A DNA stretch of 58,732 bases from an uncultured Mycoplasmatota bacterium (lineage in GTDB: Bacteria; Bacillota_I; Bacilli_A; RF39; UBA660): positions 1-58,732 of the forward strand of contig CANSRG010000003.1 of assembly GCA_947649355.1 (NCBI GenBank), given 5' to 3'. The notes under the pieces were generated by a model that was given only the letters and a program-made list of their open reading frames with translations, was not told the DNA's origin and did not search any database. Below are positions 11,201 through 18,654 of this stretch, one piece after another. A program made the position numbers and the translations under genes. Numbering within the stretch: position 1 is the first letter of the stretch; the number at the start of each line of letters is the position of its first letter.

Positions 11201-11746
11201 TCCATTTCTATCAGCAAAATCAATGGCCTCGATTGCAGTATTGATACCATCTTGAATTCCAGTCATTTTCTTTAAACCTGAACCAAAATTATTATATGCT
11301 CTATAAGCTGGTGCAAGAGCTCCAACCTTTATTCCACCATCCATATAACGTTGGGTAATAATACGAAAAGCCGTATTACCAACAGCATATCCTATATCAC
11401 TACGATTTGCCCAACTATTATTTACCATTTTTTGATAGGTATATTGAGCAGCCAAAGCAAACTTATAAGAATTAGTTCCAACTTGTAATCTACTAGGATT
11501 AAGAGGAATAATACTAGATGTTTGCATAGTATGACTAGACCCTCCACCAAATTGACGTCCAGGATCTAAACAATAAGACATATATTCAGTTCCATTGATA
11601 TTTGTAACATAACGACGAATCTCAGGATATGACCCTCCAATCGTACTAGAATATTTTACAGTATAAGCATTTACTTGAAATAAAAACATACTAACTGAAA
11701 ATACAAAAAATAATAAATAAGTAACTAATTTCACATTCTTTTTCAT
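8288..11746 (-). CDS. Large secreted Cys-rich protein, putative pilus-associated adhesin
   Basis: Signal peptide ending VNA, YCLDPG motif near the N-terminus, many Cys. Translationally coupled within the Tad operon. Confidence 0.55.
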   Translation of the reverse strand: MKKNVKLVTYLLFFVFSVSMFLFQVNAYTVKYSSTIGGSYPEIRRYVTNINGTEYMSYCLDPGRQFGGGSSHTMQTSSIIPLNPSRLQVGTNSYKFALAAQYTYQKMVNNSWANRSDIGYAVGNTAFRIITQRYMDGGIKVGALAPAYRAYNNFGSGLKKMTGIQDGINTAIEAIDFADRNGNTPYETLLSDGTINGTSWSLVQSEIKQVPNTNNYELLFEIKPSNEGIVSVDYGRFNVTLLNQTVKIISTTSRQGTGNSAIVSVSFDGTNWDHQDLGAYVDTYYCDPRSAASMLYIVNTKANNQRFLIALPGEVGACPNANPDGGSRHHIPTGPSNDESCSCDTSTGQYKYEKYKNGNLIASDSWYATDKDSEDKKNKYGNCPGTCEKTPHSCQTPSESGDGNYYCKESSPGAGDGEKCTKELYESDCLGKPLCTPTVTVPSDCNNFDTESTHEGRVSDINKVSTSCNPTVNPVTSCVLGGNDAIGESFEAVNEFQGNPYCRVWCVEDYQFKLPTAKYSQSGGYFTLSTQIVGQRDCYVGGASNPQGSIDHEKFNKDYEAAQKAVIDAWNEYNSYKTALSSGNYSTGSSCCSRDEDGNCTSSVTTVSLTWSPTQYNINGQSSTASKSYNDGSCSHGDGHDPRTKDNYHSGSKSYKTLKEEYYKKLKDATEHLNTIISQFNSCTGAISNQNHSGDLTSVDPSSVSSSTWNNDMVFGPDVEFYYNEDYKEQVNGKFKIDGEVKEESIEGGKEWYCGGDSINNQYTECQNGTSNSQYWTYQNKKVVTCSEGKCGSYDVNISTAKWIRKSKKYSAKYIPDKQFSTYTQYGTIKLKWDQCSGNDCLWTNLPEDALPITLVQKSGVFPFKFKFSKIGQSNSKTVTVNDLGRLMGSTTSVLTEYNKMDSNKTCNSGMDVTSTVDGGYVCHYLNNCDDCDFICKDDECDFNDDDEFCGDCDLTCETCLFDGDRAMYSYKIVSLNKLFKNTERRIGWNWFTGDDSNRVANKKAKDTLSEIEEAGESIYETPQYEFTLSPSDLKKIREYNNAAGSYTNSKIPDSYAGSLSSNNALRCEKYTDVNGKEHTVRCKSGFLDVLEGSNKLHASDITRITSDNSNVGGESTSAWELYPESKYCQGDDKNECSRYGIGPSWRIRSGS

Positions 11747-12468
11747 AATACTTTACTCCTTTGTTTCTTAATAAGAATCACAATAGCAGCAACCCCTAAT
11801 ATTACCAAAAAGCTTCCGATTAAATACATCCAATATTTTTCAAAAAAACTTTTTTGTTTTTCCTCTTCTTCATTCTTTTTTATTTCTTCTGTTTTTTGTT
11901 GTTCTTCATATCCTTTTTTTTCAACTTCTGCATCACTCATATTGATTTCTGTCGTAATCCATTCTTGACAATAATAAGAATTGACTCCAATACAGTATGG
12001 CATAGTATAATGATAATTATATTTTGGTAAAACCAAATCCATCTTTCTTAATTCATTAGAACAATCCGCATGATTCGCATAAATACGAATTTCATAAGTC
12101 ATAATCTGATCAAAAGACATTAAATCCCATTTTATCGTTCCATTATCTGTATCTTCATAATGATAAGTTTGCTCTTCACCAGTAACTTTATTTTCCACTA
12201 CAACAGATAAATTTTCTGTAACGTTATAAATAGCTGCCTCTACTTTAGCTTCTTCAATCTCATAAGAAATAGGATTACCGTTTTCATCTATCACTTCAGA
12301 TTCTTCAAACTCTCCAGTACCATACATCCCAGATTCATAAGAAACTTGAACATTCGCAGCTTCCCTTGCTAACTTATTTTGAGTATCATAATCACAAGCT
12401 GCATGAACTTTAGGAAAAAAAGTCATAACAAAAACTAGTCCCAAAATCCCAATTTTTCTTTTATTCAT
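11743..12468 (-). CDS. Secreted protein with C-terminal membrane anchor
   Basis: Signal peptide ending VHA, C-terminal TM and basic tail KKQRSK. First gene of the operon. Confidence 0.7.
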   Translation of the reverse strand: MNKRKIGILGLVFVMTFFPKVHAACDYDTQNKLAREAANVQVSYESGMYGTGEFEESEVIDENGNPISYEIEEAKVEAAIYNVTENLSVVVENKVTGEEQTYHYEDTDNGTIKWDLMSFDQIMTYEIRIYANHADCSNELRKMDLVLPKYNYHYTMPYCIGVNSYYCQEWITTEINMSDAEVEKKGYEEQQKTEEIKKNEEEEKQKSFFEKYWMYLIGSFLVILGVAAIVILIKKQRSKVL

Positions 12469-12493
12469 GAAAATTCCACCTCACCGTATATAA

Positions 12494-12522
12494 ATTGTAA
12501 CACACGATGTCTTCTATTTCAA
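12494..12522 (-). promoter_or_regulatory. sigma-A-type promoter of the Tad operon
   Basis: Minus strand reads TTGAAA-17 nt-TACAAT with TG extension, upstream of a GAGGTG RBS. Confidence 0.6.
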
Positions 12523-12884
12523 TAACTATAAATCAATTTTCAAAAAACAAAAAGATGTAAAATATCGTAAATGAATGTAAATAAAATGGAAATATACACT
12601 AAATTGACTTAATAATCAAATGAAACCTGTTTCAAACGTTTTACTTGCTCTTCAATTTTCTCTTTTTCAATAAAATGCGGAACAGAAAAAGAAAGAAATA
12701 AAAAAGTAACGAAAAGAGAAATAAAGAAAATACTACTCTTGCGATAAAGAAAATTATTTTGCATAACTATCATCCAATCTTTCTATAAAAAATTATATAT
12801 CTTTATGATAAGAATGTAAAATAAAAAAGGAATTTGCTTAAAAAGAAAATTTATGATATATTTTTAAAGAAATAAGGTGAGAAT

Positions 12885-13604
12885 ATGAAAGAAATCAATT
12901 GGAAAGAATTAAACAAAGGATTATTACTAATAGTATTTTATCTTCTAGTACTTCCTACAACAATAAGTGGAATTTGTCAAATAGCTTCTATATCCTTACA
13001 AAATAAAACAAATTATATCTTAGTAAATGGAAGTATATATTTTATAATGATTTTATTATTTTTATGGATTTATAAAAACACTATTTTTGAAGAATTAAAA
13101 AATTATTTTAAAAATTGGAAACATTGTATTAAAATTGCACTTTTAAATTGGTTAAAAGCTTTACTATTTATGATGATATCAAACTCTATTATATTAAGTA
13201 TACTAGGAAATATTGCAAAAAACGAAGCAGCAAACAGAATGATTATCGGTAATAATCCAATTTTTTCAATAATAACAATGGTAATAATTGGACCATTTAT
13301 TGAAGAAATGCTTTTTCGAAAAGGATTAAAAAACGGATTCAAGAAAAAACAACAATTTTTAATAATCAGTTCTTTATTATTTGGATTAGGACATGTATTA
13401 ATTTCTTTAGACTTATCTTCTATAGATGCATTTATCGCTTGTCTTCCAACCCTACTTTATATTATCCCTTATAGTGGTATGGGATATTTCTTAGCAAAAA
13501 GTTATTATGAAACAGACAACATTTTTACAAGCACTACTGCACACACTCTACATAATGCTTTTGTTGTTACATTAGTATTAACAAGCCAAATCATTGGAGG
13601 CTAA
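12885..13604 (+). CDS. CPBP/Abi (CAAX) family intramembrane metalloprotease
   Basis: EEMLFR, FGLGH and HTLHN motifs; multiple TMs. Confidence 0.9.
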   Translation: MKEINWKELNKGLLLIVFYLLVLPTTISGICQIASISLQNKTNYILVNGSIYFIMILLFLWIYKNTIFEELKNYFKNWKHCIKIALLNWLKALLFMMISNSIILSILGNIAKNEAANRMIIGNNPIFSIITMVIIGPFIEEMLFRKGLKNGFKKKQQFLIISSLLFGLGHVLISLDLSSIDAFIACLPTLLYIIPYSGMGYFLAKSYYETDNIFTSTTAHTLHNAFVVTLVLTSQIIGG

Positions 13605-13605
13605 A

Positions 13606-14487
13606 ATGATAGAAGAAATGAATTTAGAAATACAAGAAGAAGAACAAGAGCAAAAAAAGAAAAGTATAATTCCTAAAATTGGTCTTGCACTTCTTGGTTT
13701 AATAATGATTACTTATGCTTACATGCATTTTTTAGAACCAAAATTATTAAAAATAAAAGAATATGCCATAATAAATGATAAAATACCTTCAAATTTTGAT
13801 GGATTCAAAATTACTCAATTTGGTGACATACATTTTGGAAATACCATTACAGAAAAAGAAATAGAAAAATTAGTAGAAAAAATAAACGAAACAAAACCAG
13901 ATATTTTAGTATTTACAGGAGATTTATTTGACGATGGAATCACACTATCAGAAAATACCAAAAACTTTTTAAAAGAAGCTTTAAAAAAGACAAATGCAAC
14001 ATTAGGAAAATATGCTATTAAAGGAGATCATGATTATAAAGATATGAAAGAATTTGAAAGCATTATGACAGAAGCAAACTTTCACATTCTAGAAAATAAA
14101 AATATTCCTATTTATTATAAAGGAGTTACACCAATATATTTAAGTGGTATCCCATCACTTATCAAAAAAGAACATAATATTTTACAAGCACTAGAAAAAG
14201 AAGAACAAAATGTTTATCAAATATTACTAACACATGAACCAATTATTTTTGATGAAATAAAACAAGAAACAAATTTAGTTTTAGCAGGTCACAATTTAGG
14301 TGGTACAATTCGTCTTCCATTTATAGGAGGATTAGTAAACCAAGAAAACATTGGCGAATATAAAGAAGAAAAATATCAAAAAGGAAAATCTACTATGTAT
14401 ATTACAAACGGAATTGGAACATCAAAAATAAATTTAAGATTTAACAATACCCCTTCTATTAGTCTCTACCGTTTATATCATCAATAA
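13606..14487 (+). CDS. Membrane-anchored metallophosphoesterase (YkuE-like)
   Basis: GDIH, TGDLFD, GDHD, THEP and GHNLGG motifs. Start moved to ATG 13606 after GGAGG. Confidence 0.85.
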   Translation: MIEEMNLEIQEEEQEQKKKSIIPKIGLALLGLIMITYAYMHFLEPKLLKIKEYAIINDKIPSNFDGFKITQFGDIHFGNTITEKEIEKLVEKINETKPDILVFTGDLFDDGITLSENTKNFLKEALKKTNATLGKYAIKGDHDYKDMKEFESIMTEANFHILENKNIPIYYKGVTPIYLSGIPSLIKKEHNILQALEKEEQNVYQILLTHEPIIFDEIKQETNLVLAGHNLGGTIRLPFIGGLVNQENIGEYKEEKYQKGKSTMYITNGIGTSKINLRFNNTPSISLYRLYHQ

Positions 14488-14659
14488 TAGTCAATAGTTT
14501 TTAATATTTACAAAAATTTATATATATAAAAACCTCGTTTTCAAAAAACGGAGTGGTAGAGTTCACGCACTTTAAAATTTATTTAAGTACTTTTACCTTT
14601 ATTTTAAGAAATTCTTAAATTTAACAAGTATTATATGAATTTTTAAATTTTGGTAGTTG

Positions 14660-14692
14660 AAAAGGTAGTTGATATATTCTTAACTACCTTTT
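14660..14692. terminator. Intrinsic terminator-like hairpin downstream of the primase-helicase gene
   Basis: AAAAGGTAGTTGA-tatattc-TTAACTACCTTTT. Confidence 0.6.
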
Positions 14693-14704
14693 TATGAATA
14701 TTAA

Positions 14705-17077
14705 TTATATCTTTATTATTTGTTGTTCAGTATCATCTACTATATCGTATCCCAATTTTTCATATGTCTTTTTTCTTCTTAAAAACATATTACGGGTTTT
14801 GGCAAAATTATCATCAACATAATCATAAATTAATATCTCTTTTTTGTTGTCATCTTTTCTATGTAATCTTCCTGCATATTGTGTTACCCTAGTTTGTCCA
14901 GAAATAGGCATAGTTAAGAATAATACGTCAAGTTTTGAATCATCGAATCCTTCACCAATATACGATCCTGTAGCAACTATAATTTTATTACTGCCAAGCT
15001 CATTGATTTGATTCGTTAGTTCTTCATAATGTTTAAGCACCTTTTTACCTATTCCACCATAATATTTGAAAATATTACTTGTATATTTAGAAAGTTTATT
15101 ATAAATATAATTCATAAGTTCTAATCGTTCAGTTAAAATTACAATGTTTTTTCCATTTTCATATTCTTTTTTTATATCCTTAATAATATTTCCACTACGT
15201 ATAATATCCTTTGCTATTAAGTCATTAATTTCATTTAATTCATAATTATCAATATTAGGATTAGTAAAATTTAAATGGCTTTTCTTTACAATTACTTTCA
15301 TTGGAATATTCAATTCTTTATTGAATTTCAAACTATCTACTTTATACCTAATATCACCACATTGCATTTTTATAATTGGTGTATGTCCATTTTCTCGCTC
15401 AGGAGTGGCAGAAATACCATAAACATATTTAGCATTTCCAGTATTTATTGCTTGTTCAAAAGTATATGCTGCTGTATGATGACATTCATCAATAATAATC
15501 ATTCCATAATTTTTTGCAATATCTAACACTTCACCATTATTCCATATGGATTTTAGACTAACAACATCAATTATATTGGTGATATTCTTCCTTTTACCAC
15601 TTATTTCTCCAACCTCACTAATATTTAAGAACTCTTTAATCCTATCTTTCCATTGATTAAGTAGTTGTATTTTATTTACCAAAATTAAAGTGTTAACTTT
15701 TCGCTCTTCTATTATTTTACATCCTATAACAGTTTTACCAAATCCTGTCGGTGCACATAATATTCCATTATCATATTTTAGCAGGTTATCAAGAGCCTTT
15801 TGTTGCTCATCTCTTAAATTTCCGTTAAAAGTAACATCAATTTTATTTCCTTTAAAACGTTTATCAATTTTAATTATTTTAATATTATTCGTTTTACACA
15901 AACTTTCTAAGTATTCATACGTTCCTCTTGGCAATTTCAAATATTTGTCGTCTTCTTTACTACAATCGATAACCATCGGAATATTATATACAGATATTCT
16001 TAATTTTTGATTTTTATAAAATTCAGGATTAGCAAAAGTCGCAAGTCTTCTAAAGTTATTTTTAACAATTGAGTTAAGATTAGCTTTATCGATATAAATC
16101 ATATCATTTAAAATTACCTTAATACTTTTAGGATATTCTATATTATTTTTACATTTATCATTTACTTCTTTTTTCATATCGACTATCTCATGACCTATAT
16201 CAATAGTTTCATTTGATAGTTTTTTAATTTTTTCAAAAACTTCGGTCTCTGTTAATTTATGAATAGAATTTAAATATTGTATTTGATCGTCATTAATTTG
16301 AATGAAATTTCTATCAACAAATATTGTGTTTCCATATTTAGATGGTTCATTTTGAAATGGTAGGGCTATTAAATTACCATATCCACCCTTTGGTAGCGTG
16401 TCTTGATTAGGAAACATTCTATCAAATGATGAAATAGAAATATTGCTTATTTCCATAGTCTTAGATAGCAATAGACTTCCCAATTTTCTGGCAGTTATTG
16501 CTTTAATATTTATATCAAAGAAAATCCAAATATGTAAACCCTTTCCAGATCTACTTCGTTCTATAGCGATTGGAATTTCATACTTATCACAGATATTAGC
16601 TAATGCTAACACATCACTCTTAATATCATTATTTGTATTTTTATTATCAAAATCTAAGACAAGAAAATAACAAGTATCATTTTCTAACAATGGATAAATT
16701 CCAATTGGATTATTTTCATACATATGCTTATAAATAACTTCCTTTGATAAAGGTTTATTTTCTCTATATTGACAATTCTTACATTTTTTGCCCATTGTTT
16801 TATTACATATGCCTTTTTTCCATTCGTTTGCGCAGGCTGGAATATAATATTTAATGTTAGGATTATTTTTATCTATTGATAAATATGGGTAAACATCATC
16901 CCTACCTTTAAAATAACCCAAAAAGATTTTAACTTTCTCTTCTCGACTTAACGATAACTCATTTTTATTAATAGATGGCTTATTTAATTGCTTTTTCAAT
17001 GATTCAACTTCACATTGAAGTTTTCTTATTTCTAACTCTTTTATATTTATTAATCTGATAATTTCATTATCACTCAT
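14705..17077 (-). CDS. AEP primase domain (TOTE-type) fused to SF2 (ResIII/DEAD-like) helicase
   Basis: LVLDFD, ERSRSGKGLHIWIFF and DRMFPNQD...GGYGNLIALP primase motifs; APTGFGKT, DECHH, SATP and QYAGRLHR helicase motifs. Confidence 0.85.
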   Translation of the reverse strand: MSDNEIIRLINIKELEIRKLQCEVESLKKQLNKPSINKNELSLSREEKVKIFLGYFKGRDDVYPYLSIDKNNPNIKYYIPACANEWKKGICNKTMGKKCKNCQYRENKPLSKEVIYKHMYENNPIGIYPLLENDTCYFLVLDFDNKNTNNDIKSDVLALANICDKYEIPIAIERSRSGKGLHIWIFFDINIKAITARKLGSLLLSKTMEISNISISSFDRMFPNQDTLPKGGYGNLIALPFQNEPSKYGNTIFVDRNFIQINDDQIQYLNSIHKLTETEVFEKIKKLSNETIDIGHEIVDMKKEVNDKCKNNIEYPKSIKVILNDMIYIDKANLNSIVKNNFRRLATFANPEFYKNQKLRISVYNIPMVIDCSKEDDKYLKLPRGTYEYLESLCKTNNIKIIKIDKRFKGNKIDVTFNGNLRDEQQKALDNLLKYDNGILCAPTGFGKTVIGCKIIEERKVNTLILVNKIQLLNQWKDRIKEFLNISEVGEISGKRKNITNIIDVVSLKSIWNNGEVLDIAKNYGMIIIDECHHTAAYTFEQAINTGNAKYVYGISATPERENGHTPIIKMQCGDIRYKVDSLKFNKELNIPMKVIVKKSHLNFTNPNIDNYELNEINDLIAKDIIRSGNIIKDIKKEYENGKNIVILTERLELMNYIYNKLSKYTSNIFKYYGGIGKKVLKHYEELTNQINELGSNKIIVATGSYIGEGFDDSKLDVLFLTMPISGQTRVTQYAGRLHRKDDNKKEILIYDYVDDNFAKTRNMFLRRKKTYEKLGYDIVDDTEQQIIKI

Positions 17078-17080
17078 AGG

Positions 17081-17896
17081 TTATACCTCAACTAACTCCA
17101 ATGATGAAACAAATTCTAAAATTGATGTTATTGCTTCATCAATAGATATTTCAAGCCAATTATTTCTTGCCATACTGATCATAGATTTGAATTTGTTATT
17201 ATAAAGGATAGCCTCTAGACTGCTTTTTAGATCAATTATGTTGTTTTCATCTATTAAAGTATCTTTAAATACTAATTTATCTAAGTATTTAAAAAAACGA
17301 TTATTACTAAAATTATTAGTATTGAATAAGTAATAAATATCAAAAATATCTTTATATCTTGTTGACGTAATACCAAACTTTAATAGAGATTTTATTTTTT
17401 CTACACATATCTGTTCTTTAGAATTTGCAAGTAACATTACAGTTTTAGAATAGTTACCTAAATCAAAACACAATTCATCTTGCTCTATATCCATATCTTT
17501 ATGAACACCTATATCTAATTTTGTAGGAAAAACATTTCCAAAATTATCAGATATTTCAATAAATACTCTTTTTCCATCATAGTCTTGATGATGAAGTTTT
17601 TTTATTGGCAAAGTAATTTTTATTTTAATATCTTTATCATTTAACTTTTCTATAAAGGCTGATATAGCCGTATCATCTAAGGAATATCGTATAAAATCAA
17701 TATCCAAATCTTGTGTGGCTCTTCTTTCATCTTTAGAAATAGCCATCATTACTACCCCGCCTTTAATTGTTACATTTTTGTTTAAACCTTTGCTGTTTAT
17801 TTTTGATAATATAATATCTTGACAAGTTTTTGATATAGCATTTGCATTAGAGTAACCATTATTTATATAATCATTAAATATTGAGTTTAAGTTCAT
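17081..17896 (-). CDS. abiEii: AbiEii/AbiGii nucleotidyltransferase toxin (type IV TA)
   Basis: IKGG, RATQDLDID, EKIKS and TRYKDIFD motifs. Confidence 0.88.
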   Translation of the reverse strand: MNLNSIFNDYINNGYSNANAISKTCQDIILSKINSKGLNKNVTIKGGVVMMAISKDERRATQDLDIDFIRYSLDDTAISAFIEKLNDKDIKIKITLPIKKLHHQDYDGKRVFIEISDNFGNVFPTKLDIGVHKDMDIEQDELCFDLGNYSKTVMLLANSKEQICVEKIKSLLKFGITSTRYKDIFDIYYLFNTNNFSNNRFFKYLDKLVFKDTLIDENNIIDLKSSLEAILYNNKFKSMISMARNNWLEISIDEAITSILEFVSSLELVEV

Positions 17897-18438
17897 TAAA
17901 ACACCTCTTTCATAATAACATCATATAAATAATTCTCTATTGCAAATTTACTTATATATTCAGCAATTTTTTTAGTATTTAAGGAATCTTTTATTTCTCT
18001 ATAGTTTCCGATAATTTCTTTATAATAATCAAATCCTAGTGTTTTTCTATTCCTTATTAGTTCTATTAACATTCTCTCTTTATCATATATTTGAATGTCG
18101 ACACCATTTATTTTTAAAGTAGATTTACCAATTTCGAAAAGGTTATCTTGATAGTATACGACTTTAACTCTATCATCACTAATTTTGGTACTATTTCTTT
18201 TTAATGCAAGACATTCCTTTTCGGGAATAACATCTGTTAAATTATGATAATAAAATGCACTATCTAATGTAAAAATTGCATTAGGATATTTTTTAGTTAA
18301 TACTTCTAAATAATTTACATTGTTATTATCACTATAAATTCCCCTTTCAATTTTAAATATTTTACCTTCTTTAATTAATTGTTTTATTTCATAATCGCTT
18401 TTATATTGCTTAATAAGTTCTTTATAAAGTAATATCAA
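17896..18438 (-). CDS. abiEi: AbiEi-family antitoxin
   Basis: KIERGIY wHTH, SAFYYHNLTD and YDKERMLIE motifs; coupled to the toxin. Likely start is TTG 18438 after GAGGTG. Confidence 0.85.
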   Translation of the reverse strand: MILLYKELIKQYKSDYEIKQLIKEGKIFKIERGIYSDNNNVNYLEVLTKKYPNAIFTLDSAFYYHNLTDVIPEKECLALKRNSTKISDDRVKVVYYQDNLFEIGKSTLKINGVDIQIYDKERMLIELIRNRKTLGFDYYKEIIGNYREIKDSLNTKKIAEYISKFAIENYLYDVIMKEVF

Positions 18439-18460
18439 TCGAATCACCTCTCGATACATA

Positions 18461-18512
18461 ATTTTAAACTAATTTGCCACACAAGTCAATCGAATGTGGT
18501 AAATTAGTTTAA
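18461..18512 (-). promoter_or_regulatory. abiE promoter with overlapping inverted-repeat operator
   Basis: TTGACT-17 nt-TAAAAT. TTAAACTAATTTGCCAC (18464-18480) and GTGGTAAATTAGTTTAA (18496-18512) form a 17-bp IR with 1 mismatch. AbiEi autorepression through promoter IRs is established. Confidence 0.75.
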
Positions 18513-18654
18513 TTTGTTTTATTTCAACTACCAAAAATTATAGACTTTTTATAAACTAATATAAACTTCTTTAAATTTTAGTAATTGTACGATAAATTAT
18601 TATAAACTGAAACACACAAAAATGGAGCCATAAGGATCCTTCAGGGGGTTTTCT

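Larger units (their letters stand above)
14648..18536. mobile_element. Putative non-autonomous defence cassette bounded by inverted repeats
   Basis: TTTTGGTAGTTGAAA (14648-14662) is the exact reverse complement of TTTCAACTACCAAAA (18522-18536). Encloses only the AbiE and primase-helicase genes. Confidence 0.5.

Noticed and set aside
12621-12634. cre/LacI-like palindrome TGAAACCTGTTTCA upstream of the Tad operon
   Set aside because: It lacks the central CG of cre and lies ~100 bp from the promoter, so support is insufficient.
18620-18640. tRNA 3'-end remnant (ATCCTTATGGCTCCA on the minus strand) as an att site
   Set aside because: No TTCG T-loop or CCA context. The only counterpart at the other end (CAAAAAACGGAG near 14542) is too short and AT-rich.
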